Of a DNA stretch of 64,000 bases, positions 38,134 through 48,670 are shown in pieces; the first letter of the stretch is position 1; each line of letters opens with the position of its first letter. The stretch spans positions 3,639 to 67,638 of the forward strand of contig JBGAIG010000008.1 of the NCBI GenBank assembly GCA_044225595.1, given 5' to 3'. Below the pieces are notes generated by a model. The model was given only the letters and a program-made list of their open reading frames with translations. It was not told the origin of the DNA and searched no databases. The DNA is from Gammaproteobacteria bacterium. GTDB lineage: Bacteria; Pseudomonadota; Gammaproteobacteria; UBA6186; Azoamicaceae. A program made the translations under genes and the position numbers.

Positions 38134-39140
38134 AAATCTTAATGATGACAGGATTATTCAGTATTTTTTTAATGCCATCTGTATTAAGTGCGCGTATGGT
38201 CTGTAGCGGTAAGTTTGTGAACCCCATTACCGATATTTGCTGGAAGTGTTTGTTTCCATTGTCTATTGCAGGCAGAAATGTGGCGAATCCCAACCAGGAT
38301 AATGCAACACCTGCGGAAGATAAAAGTTTTGTGTGTCTATGCGGCAGCCCTGTACCGAGAATTGGCATACCAGTAGGATTTTGGGAGCCATTTAGATTAG
38401 CGGATGTTACTTACAAGCCTTTTTGTATGGTGAACCTGGGAGGTATCGATTTAAAGCTAAACTTGAGAACATCTGCCGGTACAGTTAGTGTTAAGCAAGG
38501 TGGCGAAACGGCTCGAAAAACCGCTTTTTATCATGTGCATTGGTATGTTTATCCCGTGCTTTATTGGATGAATCTGGTCGTAAATCTCGCTTGTATGACA
38601 TCCGAATCTTTTGATATTGCCTATATGACGGAATTGGATCCACTCTGGAATGATGACGAGATTTCCATTTGGTTAAATCCTGAAGTTGCACTCTTTGCCA
38701 ATCCCATTGCACAGATGGCCTGTGCCGCGGATTGCGCTAAATCATCTGTTAGCACACCCATCAATACTTTGTTTTGGTGTGCAGGGTGTCAAGGAGGTGT
38801 GTATCCCTTAACAGGCACGCTAGGTTTTCATAACGGTGGTGCAGATGCAAGCACCCTGATATTAGAAAAACTTATTTTTAAATTACACCGAGAGATGTTG
38901 CTCTGGGGTTCGATGGGTAAAAAAGCAGCCTGTAATCTATACCCTATGCCTTGGTGGCGTAAAGACCAATATAAATTACAAATGACTTATCCATCGGTGA
39001 CTAAAGACACTAAAAAAGCCTGTAATCCTATTGGTAGAACGACCTTTTTTTGGGGAACAAATAAAGAATATCCCATTAAAAGGGAAGACTTTGGGTATCT
39101 TATCTGGAGACGGAGAAATTGCTGTGTGGGTGCCGTGTAA
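38130..39140 (+). CDS. traU: TraU
   Basis: 'CSGKFVNPITDICWKCLFPLSI' and the multiple conserved Cys residues are typical of TraU. Confidence 0.9.
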   Translation: MKILMMTGLFSIFLMPSVLSARMVCSGKFVNPITDICWKCLFPLSIAGRNVANPNQDNATPAEDKSFVCLCGSPVPRIGIPVGFWEPFRLADVTYKPFCMVNLGGIDLKLNLRTSAGTVSVKQGGETARKTAFYHVHWYVYPVLYWMNLVVNLACMTSESFDIAYMTELDPLWNDDEISIWLNPEVALFANPIAQMACAADCAKSSVSTPINTLFWCAGCQGGVYPLTGTLGFHNGGADASTLILEKLIFKLHREMLLWGSMGKKAACNLYPMPWWRKDQYKLQMTYPSVTKDTKKACNPIGRTTFFWGTNKEYPIKREDFGYLIWRRRNCCVGAV

Positions 39141-39642
39141 AGTGTGTAAGAACCAGCGGGTGAAAATCCCGTCTACGCAAAGATTAGCCATCAGCGTGGA
39201 AGCGAACAGTACAATTGTAATGGTAACAAAACAATTGAAGCTACTGCAAGCAATGTATCAGGCCGTAACAAAAGTGAATGTATAGAGTCCCGTAATTATC
39301 TTCATTATGGAGGTCGACGCTATACACAGAGTCGGAAGACAAAATCTTTATTCGCGAAAATGGCGAGTGAATAAAGACTCCATCGGGATCATAGGCAATG
39401 GCATGATACAAGATGGTTGTTACATGAACATGGGAGATCCATTTATTTCTTTTAGGACTAGAAATTCTAAGAGTACATGCAAACAAGTCAGAAAAGACGA
39501 GGATGCATGGAAGAATAAATGGAAGTCGGAGCTATTGATATTACTCGGAGTTTGGGAAAGCCAAGCACAAGGGGAAGCGATAGCGGAAATGAAGCTTGAG
39601 AAAGTACGATTGGCTCAAAACGAACTCAGAGGCGTGTGAAGA

Positions 39643-40963
39643 GTGAACAATAAACTTTCTCAAATAACTGCGAAGGCGAAAATGTGTAAGAAAATGAAAT
39701 TCACTTCGTTGGCGCATCATCTTAATAAAGATCTGTTGTGTTCAGTGTTTGGTGAATTGAAACGGAATAAAGCCAGCGGTATAGACAATGTTACTGTAGA
39801 GCAATATGAATTGAATCTCGGTAGCAATGTTGAAAAGCTCGTGTTGAGTATGAAGAACAAGACATATCGTTCGAAACCAGTGAGGCGGGTTTATATACCG
39901 AAGCCTGGCAAGGATGAAAAGCGTGGACTTGGGATTCCCTCGATAGAAGATAAACTGGTTCAATTGGGAATTAAGCATATACTTGAACCCATTTTTGAAT
40001 CGGATTTTCTAGAGTGTTCGCATGGTTTTAGGCCAAACAAGAGTTGTCATACTGCAATTAATACGCTGGACAAAGCAATGATGACAAAGCCAATTCGTTA
40101 TGCCGTTGAAGTTGACATAAAAAGTTTTTTTCGATAACGTAAGTCATTATTGGCTTCAACGCTGTTTAGAAGAACGCATTAATGATCCAAATTTTCTTTG
40201 GATTATAAGGCGTTTGTTGAAGTCAGGCATAATGGAATCGGGTAGCTTAATAAACAGTAAGAAAGGCACGCCGCAAGGTGGAGTAGCTAGTCCGCTGTTA
40301 GCTAATATATACCTACATTATGTTTTAGATTTATGGTTTGAGAAGAGATTTAAAAAGTCTAGCAATAGATATATGCAATTGATTCGGTATTCGGATGATT
40401 TTGTAGTGTTGTTTGAAAATAAAGTTGACGCTGAACGTTTCTTAAAGGAATTAAAGGAGCGATTAGGGAAATTTAAACTTTCAATAGCTGAAGACAAAAC
40501 TCGTCTAATCGAATTTGGCAGAAATGTTTATGAGCGATGTAAGCGTAACAAAATGAAAACATCAACTTTTAATTTTCTAGGCTTTACGCATTATTTTGCA
40601 AAAAGCCGAAAAGGTAAAATCATTGCTAGCCATAAGACCAGCAAAGAAACTTTACGTCGTAAATTGAAAGTTATGAAAGAATGGTTACGTATGATGCGAA
40701 CGAAAGCACCATTTAATGAATGGCTTCCTAAGCTCAAGCTGAAACTCGTAGGGCATTATAATTACTTTGGGATTAGCGGCAATTATCGTTGTGTGAATCA
40801 ATTCTATCGAAAAGTGGTTATCTTAATTTATCGGTGGATGAATCGTAGAAGCCAGAAGAAAAGTACAAGTTGGATGTCTTTTCTCAGGTATATACGAGAA
40901 ATAGATCCATTACCGAAACCTAGGATAGCTGTCAATCTTTATACATTAGGAGCAAAGCTGTGA
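39643..40963 (+). pseudogene. group II intron reverse transcriptase/maturase, interrupted by a +1 frameshift in a T7 run (40125-40131)
   Basis: RT blocks 'RRVYIPKPGKDEKRGLGIPSIEDKLVQ', 'GFRPNKSCHTA', 'DIKSFF', 'GTPQGGVASPLLANIYL' and 'IRYSDDFVVLF', plus a maturase (X) domain. The reading 'AGT TTT TTT CGA TAA' stops. Deleting one T restores 'DIKSFFDNVSHYWLQRCLEERINDPNFLWIIRRLLKSGIMESG' in frame with the second ORF. Confidence 0.85.
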
Positions 40964-40975
40964 ATGTCATTTCTG

Positions 40976-41010
40976 GAAGCCGTATGTGGGAAAACTACAA
41001 GTACGGTTTT
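40976..41010 (+). ncRNA. group II intron domain V
   Basis: 'gAAGCCGTATGTGGgaaaaCTACaaGTACGGTTtt'. It has the AGC catalytic triad, an 8-bp lower stem, a 2-nt AA bulge on the 3' strand, a 4-bp upper stem and a GAAA-type loop. Confidence 0.75.
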
Positions 41011-41052
41011 GCGAGGGCTTTTGTAACAATTATTTATTTCTTTGAAAGTAAT

Positions 41053-41586
41053 TTAAAAGTTGCAAATTCTACTTACCTCTATAAACGATTCATTGTTGGG
41101 GTGCTGGTGATGTTATTTTCTGTGCCGGGATATCCAAATCAACCTTATGATTCTGACTTGTTGATTTTTGTATCTTTTAGTATGCCTAAAGAAAGCTTAA
41201 AACTTTGGGCAGAACAGGCTAGTCGTATTGGGTATCCATTATTGCTGCGGGGTTTTGTGGATAACGATTTAACAAAGACAACAGCTAAAACACAGTCTCT
41301 TTTTGGCATTGAGGCGAATGTTGAGATTTCAATTGACCCTGAGAAATTTGAAAAATTTAAGATTGATGCAGTTCCAGCAGTTGTGCTGATAGAGCCAGAA
41401 ACAACAAAGCCAGAAAAAATAGGCTTAGAAACAGCAAACACAAATGACAATTTAACCCAAAATTTTGACGTTGTTTACGGCGATACGTCTTTAGAAGAAG
41501 CTTTAGATCGCATTGCTAAATCCGGATCACCCATTAATCAAAAAGTAGCAAGCCATTACCTCAAGAAATATCGAGGCAAGCCATGA
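41053..41586 (+). CDS. trbC: TrbC (F-type pilus assembly protein); 5' end unresolved because of the intron
   Basis: Signal-like 'KRFIVGVLVMLFSVPGYP', then 'LLIFVSFSMPKESLKLWAEQASRIGYPLLLRGF' and 'IDPEKFEKFKIDAVPAVVL', which are the TrbC hallmark blocks. There is no ATG/GTG/TTG in frame between domain V and the signal peptide. Confidence 0.7.
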   Translation, partial: LKVANSTYLYKRFIVGVLVMLFSVPGYPNQPYDSDLLIFVSFSMPKESLKLWAEQASRIGYPLLLRGFVDNDLTKTTAKTQSLFGIEANVEISIDPEKFEKFKIDAVPAVVLIEPETTKPEKIGLETANTNDNLTQNFDVVYGDTSLEEALDRIAKSGSPINQKVASHYLKKYRGKP

Positions 41587-43646
41587 ACAAGCCTTTTGAT
41601 GAGAACAGAGTTATTAAAAATGCAAGGCGTTTAATAGCATTTTTGTTATTAAGCTGCCAGTCCATTAATACGATGGCAGGTTCGAGTGAAGAAGGCAAAT
41701 CATTTGCCGAACAGCTGCATAGTCAAGGATATCGCAATCAAGAGACTGTAATCAATACGATGCAGCAAGAATGTGGGCAAAACGCTCAAAACCAACATTT
41801 GCAACCACAAGCCTGTGAACTTCAGGCACTTTTTGATGGACACTACGATACTGGAGATAAAGAAGATATTTTAAAATCACAACTCGCCACAAAGAATAAT
41901 ACGGCTCCCCAGCAGCCGCATCCTAATCAACCTACGTTAGGGGACACCGAGAAGCTTTTAAAAGAAAAACATCGGTTTCACATCTCGCCGGAAAGTGATG
42001 TATTTAAAAAATACCAGGCGATTACTAAAACAGTTGTAGATGATAAAAGCCAAGCTGAACTATTTGAAAAGGGTTCGAAACCGATTGAATCCAAATCTCC
42101 TGTGGAAGACAAAATCGTTAGCTGTAGAAAAAGCATACCACCTGAACTTCGAAGTTGTGTTAAAAAATTAGTTGTCAAAGCTGTTCCTCAACCCGATTTA
42201 GTTAAAAATGTGACGGCTTATTTTACAGCCCGATGTTATAACTTGGTGACTTTTGGTATTAATTTAAAAACGGGAAGTATTAGTGTATCACAATGCGAGA
42301 ACCAAGGTCCCGTTAATGTTTCGGTTGATAATCCTATTGGAGAACCCCCTTATCCCACGAGAACAACAATTGAGCTCATCAGTAGAAGTCATATTGGCGA
42401 GGGTGGGGTTGATTTTAGAGCGAATGGACTCAACCCGTCACACAGTAATGGTTTTACAGGTTCCTTTACAGCTTTTCAGCCACACACAGGTCGAAAAAAA
42501 TCACATACAAATAACAAAAATAACGTGCGAGGGGGTAATTATACCTGGAAAGTCACGATACCCCAAAAACCCATATTACAGGAATATTGGGTTGGATGCG
42601 AAGATTTAGAAGCACAAAAAGAACAAAAAATTTGTGAAGAAGTTTTTTCAGAACAACAAAATCTAAATGAAACAAGAGCAATCGCAGGTTTCGACGTACC
42701 CGTCACAAGGCCACATTGGTCTGAGAATAAGGAGTTTCTTTGTGGTGGTAGAGATATTGATACATGCGAGCCTTACATCCAACAAAAATGTGAGCAAATA
42801 GATTCTAAGTGCGCTGTGTTTGAGGGAAAAACTTGTGTTGAATATGAAAATACTTTTCGCTGTCATGCATCGGATTATCAGAAAACAGATGGACTAAGTT
42901 TTCATCAAGAAACCTTAAGCTTTTTGCCAGGCACAGGACAATCGGCATCTCAAGGTTATGGGGCTTCCGATTTTGGTGAGGCGGTTACAGGTTTTAGTGC
43001 ATTAACCGAAATGGGTAAAACGCTGGAAGATGGGTTAGGTGGCATCATAGGTGACCTCAACAATCCGACTGTATTTCAAGGACAATGCCGGCAATGTCGG
43101 GTTAACTTAGGCTCATTTGTTCGAGATTGTTGTAAACTCAAAGGCGTTTTACAAGGCTTATTAGGCAAATGTAATGATGAAGAAAAAAAGCTTGCAATTG
43201 CTGCGGTTAAAAATAAGCGTTGTATTAAAATCGATGGTCGCTATTGCCATAAAAAAGTCGCTAAAGTCTGCGTTGAAACGCGAGATTCTTATTGCTGCTA
43301 TGGGTCGCAATTGGCCAAAATCATTCATGAAATCGCCCATCAGCAATTGGGTATCTCCATGGGCGATGCCAAACACCCTGTTTGCAATGGATTGACAGCA
43401 AGCCAGTTGAGTCAATTGAATTTTGATACCCCTTTTGCACAACAAAAGCTTTCTGAGATTTTAGGAGAAGTGCAAGCCAGTGCGCAGGATAAGTTCAATC
43501 GCGTTCAACAAGCAGTGTCTGCTGCTAAAAGTATTCAAATGAAAGCAGAGGTGTGGGAGAAAAAACAAAAAGAAATTGAAACTGAAGTTAAATATCGCAC
43601 AGCAAGACAAAAGCAAGCAGGAACTAATGTCGAGCAAAAACCATGA
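41583..43646 (+). CDS. traN: TraN (Cys-rich mating-pair stabilisation protein)
   Basis: 687 aa with a signal sequence and many conserved Cys residues, including 'CRQCRVNLGSFVRDCCKLKG' and 'SYCCYGSQLAKIIHE'. Gene order supports the call. Confidence 0.8.
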   Translation: MNKPFDENRVIKNARRLIAFLLLSCQSINTMAGSSEEGKSFAEQLHSQGYRNQETVINTMQQECGQNAQNQHLQPQACELQALFDGHYDTGDKEDILKSQLATKNNTAPQQPHPNQPTLGDTEKLLKEKHRFHISPESDVFKKYQAITKTVVDDKSQAELFEKGSKPIESKSPVEDKIVSCRKSIPPELRSCVKKLVVKAVPQPDLVKNVTAYFTARCYNLVTFGINLKTGSISVSQCENQGPVNVSVDNPIGEPPYPTRTTIELISRSHIGEGGVDFRANGLNPSHSNGFTGSFTAFQPHTGRKKSHTNNKNNVRGGNYTWKVTIPQKPILQEYWVGCEDLEAQKEQKICEEVFSEQQNLNETRAIAGFDVPVTRPHWSENKEFLCGGRDIDTCEPYIQQKCEQIDSKCAVFEGKTCVEYENTFRCHASDYQKTDGLSFHQETLSFLPGTGQSASQGYGASDFGEAVTGFSALTEMGKTLEDGLGGIIGDLNNPTVFQGQCRQCRVNLGSFVRDCCKLKGVLQGLLGKCNDEEKKLAIAAVKNKRCIKIDGRYCHKKVAKVCVETRDSYCCYGSQLAKIIHEIAHQQLGISMGDAKHPVCNGLTASQLSQLNFDTPFAQQKLSEILGEVQASAQDKFNRVQQAVSAAKSIQMKAEVWEKKQKEIETEVKYRTARQKQAGTNVEQKP

Positions 43647-44446
43647 AGACTTTAAACTTATCAAAAATGCGAAGTAACTTGAAAACCATTAAAGTTTATT
43701 TATTGATATTGTATGGGCTTATACTATTTCCACCGTTTGTTTTTGCACAGTCGTTTTTTGAAGCGCATAACGATGGTTGGTTCTGGTACCAAGATTTTGC
43801 CTTCGATCTAAAAAGACCGCCAAATCCTACAAAAAATCCTCCCGATGACTTGTCTAATTCTACAGAAGTGATGCATAAACTGAGGCAAAAAGTAGAAGAT
43901 AGCCTAAATCTCGCTATTTTATCACCAACCCCTGAAAATTTAAAAAACTATGCTGCGCATTATTTTGCGGTGATTCAAAAAGGGCAGCGGTTTACCGACG
44001 CTTATAAGGTAATGTCCTTAAACTATCCACAATATGATTACAGCTTAAAATTTCCGACTAACCATTTAGCTCAACCCATTCATATTGCTGAAGAACTTAA
44101 AATCAGAGAAAACAAAATCCATCAATTCTCAAAATCACATGGTTTCTTTTTCTTTTTAGCGAGTCGATGCCCCTATTGCCATGCATTTTCGCCCATTGTC
44201 AAACAATTTACAGAAAAATATAACATTTCCGTCGTACCCATTACCTTAGATGGTGGTGTATTACCGGAATTTCCACGAGCTGTTCCTGATAATGGAAGTG
44301 CTAAAGCCTTAAAGGTTTATAGCCTACCTTCTTTGTATGCTGTGAATCCAGGTACCCAACAAATCATTCCGATTGCCAATGGCGCATTAAGCTTGTCAGA
44401 ACTTGAAGAAAATATTTTAAAAATAATGGAAGTGCAGCATGAATAA
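43643..44446 (+). CDS. traF: TraF/TrbB-like thioredoxin-fold pilus assembly protein with intact CPYC
   Basis: Signal peptide. 'FFFLASRCPYCHAFSPIVKQF' is a thioredoxin-fold block with a C-x-x-C motif. Confidence 0.8.
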   Translation: MKTLNLSKMRSNLKTIKVYLLILYGLILFPPFVFAQSFFEAHNDGWFWYQDFAFDLKRPPNPTKNPPDDLSNSTEVMHKLRQKVEDSLNLAILSPTPENLKNYAAHYFAVIQKGQRFTDAYKVMSLNYPQYDYSLKFPTNHLAQPIHIAEELKIRENKIHQFSKSHGFFFFLASRCPYCHAFSPIVKQFTEKYNISVVPITLDGGVLPEFPRAVPDNGSAKALKVYSLPSLYAVNPGTQQIIPIANGALSLSELEENILKIMEVQHE

Positions 44447-45839
44447 AAAAATTTTGATGCACACCTCAATATTAACTTTCATCATCAACATTGCCTCACC
44501 CCAAGCTCATGCGAGCTTAGAAAACGATATGCAAAGCTTTTTCGATAAAATTGGTGCGAACGCTAATGTTACCCCCAGCGGTGCTTATAAGGGACAAGAA
44601 GGTGGGTTTTATACGGGAGGGAGTGTTTTTAGTCGAATACCTGCTCGCGAAGTGCAAATGGTTAATATGCAAATGCCGAGTATTGGTGCAGGATGCAATG
44701 GTATCGATATCTTTACCGGCGGACTTGGTTTTATTGATGCGAGCCGATTAATAGAAACCATGAAAGCGATTGGTGCAAATGGTGCAGGTTATGCCTTCTC
44801 TTTAGCCTTAAAACAAATGTCCCCTCAAATTATGAATCAAATCGAAGAGTTTATGGCGATTGCCAACGGTGCCAATTGGAACAACATTAATTCTTGCCAA
44901 GCAGCGATGAGCCTGGTTAATAATGGCGCGGCCATGTTTCATGAAACCGGTGTTAGAACCTGTATTCAAAGTCATTTAAACCAAGGCAGCGCACGTGATT
45001 ATATTGAAGCGCGAGATAAATGCAAAGCCCAAGCAGCAGTCAATGCACAAAATAAATTAGCTTTATCTGACCCCAGCTTAAAAGATTCTACCATTAATGA
45101 TGTTAATATTGTTTGGCGTGCTATTCAAAATAATGGCGCATTAGCCCATCTCCATGATGATTTAAAATATTTTCTGATGTCTTTAACTGGCACAGTGATT
45201 GTTCGCTCCAATAACAACGGTTCTCAAAAACAGATTTATCCTTCCAAGCTTTATAAAGATGAAATCTTGACTCAAGCTAAAACTTTTAGAGTTTATGCTT
45301 GCGCGGATGAACATAGTACAGGCAACGGTTGCTTAATCCTAACTGAAAAAACCATTACACTCTCTGATAACAAAAGCTTTATTGGCCGAGTGCGTGAGAT
45401 TTTAAAAGCAATGGAACAAAAAGTTGAAGATGATTCGCCTTTAACTGTTCCAGAGAGGGCTTTTTTAGAATCGACGGCCCTTCCGGTTTATAAAATGCTT
45501 AATGTACATTCAGCATTCTCTCGAGGTGTTTCTCTGATGTTTCCCAGTGAATATGCAGAAGTTATCGCCATGGATATTTTGTATCGCTATGTAGACACAG
45601 GTATTTCTGATGTCATGGAAGCGTTTAATAATAACCAATTACCGACAGGACTCCGTGCGGAGTTTTTAGACATGATTGCAAAGGCGAGACAGCAGATCAA
45701 AACGGTTCGAGCCCATCATCTTAAAAAAATGGTGCATACCCAAGACATGATTGCCAAGGTGCAAATGATGGAAAAACAAGTTTCAGCTTTGATTTCAAGC
45801 GAACATTTTAATGATTCGGATGGAAACTTTGGAGGTTAA
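44439..45839 (+). CDS. traH: TraH
   Basis: Signal peptide. The 'GGFYTGGS' and 'GAGCNGIDIFTGG' blocks are typical of TraH. Confidence 0.85.
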   Translation: MNKKILMHTSILTFIINIASPQAHASLENDMQSFFDKIGANANVTPSGAYKGQEGGFYTGGSVFSRIPAREVQMVNMQMPSIGAGCNGIDIFTGGLGFIDASRLIETMKAIGANGAGYAFSLALKQMSPQIMNQIEEFMAIANGANWNNINSCQAAMSLVNNGAAMFHETGVRTCIQSHLNQGSARDYIEARDKCKAQAAVNAQNKLALSDPSLKDSTINDVNIVWRAIQNNGALAHLHDDLKYFLMSLTGTVIVRSNNNGSQKQIYPSKLYKDEILTQAKTFRVYACADEHSTGNGCLILTEKTITLSDNKSFIGRVREILKAMEQKVEDDSPLTVPERAFLESTALPVYKMLNVHSAFSRGVSLMFPSEYAEVIAMDILYRYVDTGISDVMEAFNNNQLPTGLRAEFLDMIAKARQQIKTVRAHHLKKMVHTQDMIAKVQMMEKQVSALISSEHFNDSDGNFGG

Positions 45840-45841
45840 CG

Positions 45842-48661
45842 ATGGCGTATGACGTAATAACGCACGGTGGGGGTGAAGGGCTGGTGTATGTCTTTAATGC
45901 GGTTGCTGCCCTTTTTAATGGCCCAAGAGCACTCGCTTCTTCCATCGTTTACATGGCGGGTTCTTTTGCCACCGTTCTGATGGTTATGGTGATGGTCGCC
46001 AAGCAGGAGCTATTACCCACGGCTAAATGGTTTTTTGGTTCTCTTGTTATTACCTCAGCACTGATGCTGCCTAAAGTCGATATTATCGTGAAAGACCGTA
46101 TTACCAAGCTCGAGCGACCTGTAGCTCATGTGCCCTTTATGTTGGGTGTTTTTGCAGGCGTATCTAGCCAATTAGGTGAAGTGCTTGCAAAACAAATGGA
46201 TGCCATTTTTGCGCAAGCCGGCCCTGATTATACAGGTCATGGTGTTGCGATGGCTTCACAATTGTTCTCTAAGGTAAATCATTTTCATATTCGTGATCCG
46301 CTGATGGCGGCTAATATTCGGGGATTTGTGCAACAGTGCATGGTGTTTGATATTGCCAAAGGCAAATATACCATCAAAGAATTACACAGCTCGGATGACA
46401 TTTGGAAACTTTTAAGAGACAGTGCCTCTAAAGCGCGTGGTTTTGTTTATAAAACCCATGAGCCGACTAAACCAAAGCCTGTCACATCTAAAATAGTCAC
46501 TTGTGAAGAAGGTGCGGCCTTGCTAGAGCAAGACTGGAGTGCTGCTTATAAGCAAGCCGCTTTTGCCTATGGTCCGAAGCTTTATCCCAGTGCGCCAAAC
46601 CCCGCTAAACTTTTTATGGAAAATTTGCCATTAGCCCATGGTTATTTAACGCGACTCTCGCATTCGGCAGAGCAGATTTTACAACAGAGCATGATGTCTA
46701 ATGCCATTGATGATGGTTTATTAGAGTTAAACCAATTGACCGATGCCAATGCAGCAGTGACCGCTTATGCCGCCAAACGCGCACAGGCACAACAAAGGGT
46801 TGCCTACTCATTACAAGGCAGCATGGCTTCTCTTTCACTTTCGGTGCTCAAAGTCGTCGTTGAAATTTTGTTTTACGGACTTTTTCCCATTATCGTTGCG
46901 ATTTCTATTTTTCCAGGGGGTTGGGTGGTGATTAAAAAATACATCATTGCACTTTTTTGGATTCAGAGCTGGGCACCGATGTATGCCATTTTAAATATGA
47001 TTATGAATATCTACGGCAAAACTAAAAGTATGGCTGCTGTCTCGACGATGGGCAGAGGTGTTTTAAACATGTATTCACTCAAAGGGTTGTCTGATGCCAA
47101 CGAATGGATATCTTCTGCTGCAGGTTATGCCATGATGTCTGTTCCTTTTTTATCTTATGGGATTATTCATTATGGTGCGGGTGCGCTAAGCCAACTGGCA
47201 ACACACTTTGGTAGCGTGACCCAATCCGCTGCCAGTCACGCCGCAGAGGAAGCGACGACCGGCAATTATAGTATGGGCAATACCAGTTTTGATAACCACA
47301 ATAGGCACAATACTTCTGGATTTAAACAAGACATTAATGCTTCTGTCGCAACAGGTCGCACGATCTTTCAACGTGAAGATGGTTCGTTATTAAGTGTTAA
47401 TCGTGATGGAAGGCCTGTACTTGATAGAACACCTGCTATTTCAAATTTAGGTGCGAGCTTTAATAAAAATGATAGCTTACAACTGGGCTTTAGCAAAATG
47501 GCAGATCAAAGCCATCGAGCAGGAATGCAGCATATGACAGGTTATCAAGAAAATCTTGTCTCTGCTTTAAGCAAATTTCAATCTATGCAAGATAATCATC
47601 GAACAGGAAAAGATAGCTCAGAGTCATTTGTGCATGGTGATGCCGTTTACAAAGATAGTGGTCTCTCAACCTTATCTGCAGCTTCAAAAGACTTATCAGA
47701 GAAATTACATGTTGAGCGATCAGTGGCTAATCAATTATTGCTTAAAGGGCAAGGGAATATTAATGCAGGTTTTGGAGCTGGCAAAGGTGGATCGGGTGTC
47801 AATGTGGGCTTTGGTCTCAGTGGTTCTATTGGTGGTGCTCATGATGAAAAAACAAGTAATTCAGAAGCACAAGACGTCATTCAAACGATTTCTGAAAAAT
47901 ATGATTTACAAAATGTACTCAAAAAGACAGAAACCGAATCTAAAGAAGGTAGATATAGCATGGTTGATTCTGAAGGAAAATCTTTTGATGCTGGTATCAG
48001 AACTAATCTTGACGAAGCTTTCTCCCATCAAAAATCAGCGCAAGCTTCGTTTAATCAAGAGCAAGCGTATAGAGAATCTGCACAGCTCGTGTCTAATCAA
48101 GGCATTGATTCTAGTCAGAACCTGTCTAATGAAGTCTTAAGAAAACAAATAGAGCAACATGGGCTTGAAAGTGGCATTAAAAATATTTCAGGTGCAGGTT
48201 CGCTTGAGGCGGTTAGAAAAGAATTTATTAGCTCCGGAGAGCCACAATTAAAACAAGGCTTTGAAAACCATGGCACTTATGTTTCACCAAAACAACTTGA
48301 AGAGCAATATAGGGAAGACAGCGACATGCTTCGAGCAAATAATAATCCAGAAAAACATTATGAAAAAAACCAGAAAAATATTACAGAAATGGCAGAAAAA
48401 GAAAATTTAACAAAGGCGGTTACTTCGGCTTTACCGGAAAAATTTGAGCATGCGAAGCAAGCAACAGAACAACAGATCCAAGAAAAGCAACAAGAATTTT
48501 CGAGGCAAAAAAACAAATCAGAAAGCAATCATACGCAATTCAAAGAAGATAATCATGTCAATGATTATGGTAAGAAAGTTGATAGCTTTTTTAAATCAAT
48601 TACTGGCAAAGATAAAAGAACAAATGCTGATGTTAAAGAAATACCCGGAGATCAGAAATGA
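45842..48661 (+). CDS. traG: TraG (F-type, N-terminal membrane domain plus long C-terminal domain)
   Basis: 939 aa. The N-terminal multi-TM TraG_N-like region is followed by a hydrophilic, repeat-poor C-terminus. It lies after traH. Confidence 0.85.
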   Translation: MAYDVITHGGGEGLVYVFNAVAALFNGPRALASSIVYMAGSFATVLMVMVMVAKQELLPTAKWFFGSLVITSALMLPKVDIIVKDRITKLERPVAHVPFMLGVFAGVSSQLGEVLAKQMDAIFAQAGPDYTGHGVAMASQLFSKVNHFHIRDPLMAANIRGFVQQCMVFDIAKGKYTIKELHSSDDIWKLLRDSASKARGFVYKTHEPTKPKPVTSKIVTCEEGAALLEQDWSAAYKQAAFAYGPKLYPSAPNPAKLFMENLPLAHGYLTRLSHSAEQILQQSMMSNAIDDGLLELNQLTDANAAVTAYAAKRAQAQQRVAYSLQGSMASLSLSVLKVVVEILFYGLFPIIVAISIFPGGWVVIKKYIIALFWIQSWAPMYAILNMIMNIYGKTKSMAAVSTMGRGVLNMYSLKGLSDANEWISSAAGYAMMSVPFLSYGIIHYGAGALSQLATHFGSVTQSAASHAAEEATTGNYSMGNTSFDNHNRHNTSGFKQDINASVATGRTIFQREDGSLLSVNRDGRPVLDRTPAISNLGASFNKNDSLQLGFSKMADQSHRAGMQHMTGYQENLVSALSKFQSMQDNHRTGKDSSESFVHGDAVYKDSGLSTLSAASKDLSEKLHVERSVANQLLLKGQGNINAGFGAGKGGSGVNVGFGLSGSIGGAHDEKTSNSEAQDVIQTISEKYDLQNVLKKTETESKEGRYSMVDSEGKSFDAGIRTNLDEAFSHQKSAQASFNQEQAYRESAQLVSNQGIDSSQNLSNEVLRKQIEQHGLESGIKNISGAGSLEAVRKEFISSGEPQLKQGFENHGTYVSPKQLEEQYREDSDMLRANNNPEKHYEKNQKNITEMAEKENLTKAVTSALPEKFEHAKQATEQQIQEKQQEFSRQKNKSESNHTQFKEDNHVNDYGKKVDSFFKSITGKDKRTNADVKEIPGDQK

Positions 48662-48670
48662 AAATGCTTT

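Larger units (their letters stand above)
39124..41060 (+). mobile_element. bacterial group II intron (ribozyme plus intron-encoded RT/maturase); boundaries approximate
   Basis: GUGUG 5' motifs at 39124 and 39142. About 500 nt of non-coding structured sequence precedes the RT ORF, which sits in the domain IV position. A canonical domain V lies right after the ORF stop. The element lies between traU and trbC. Confidence 0.85.

Noticed and set aside
39031-39639. ORFs 39031-39285 (84 aa) and 39307-39639 (110 aa) as protein genes
   Set aside because: They lie in group II intron domains I-III, upstream of the RT ORF. They have no SD or motifs, and the sequence is better explained as ribozyme RNA. 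The 39031 frame is considered only as a possible trbC 5' exon frame.
40214-40963. 249-aa ORF treated as an independent gene with a TTG start
   Set aside because: It is the C-terminal two-thirds of the intron RT/maturase. Continuity with 39643-40137 is restored by removing one T at 40125-40131.
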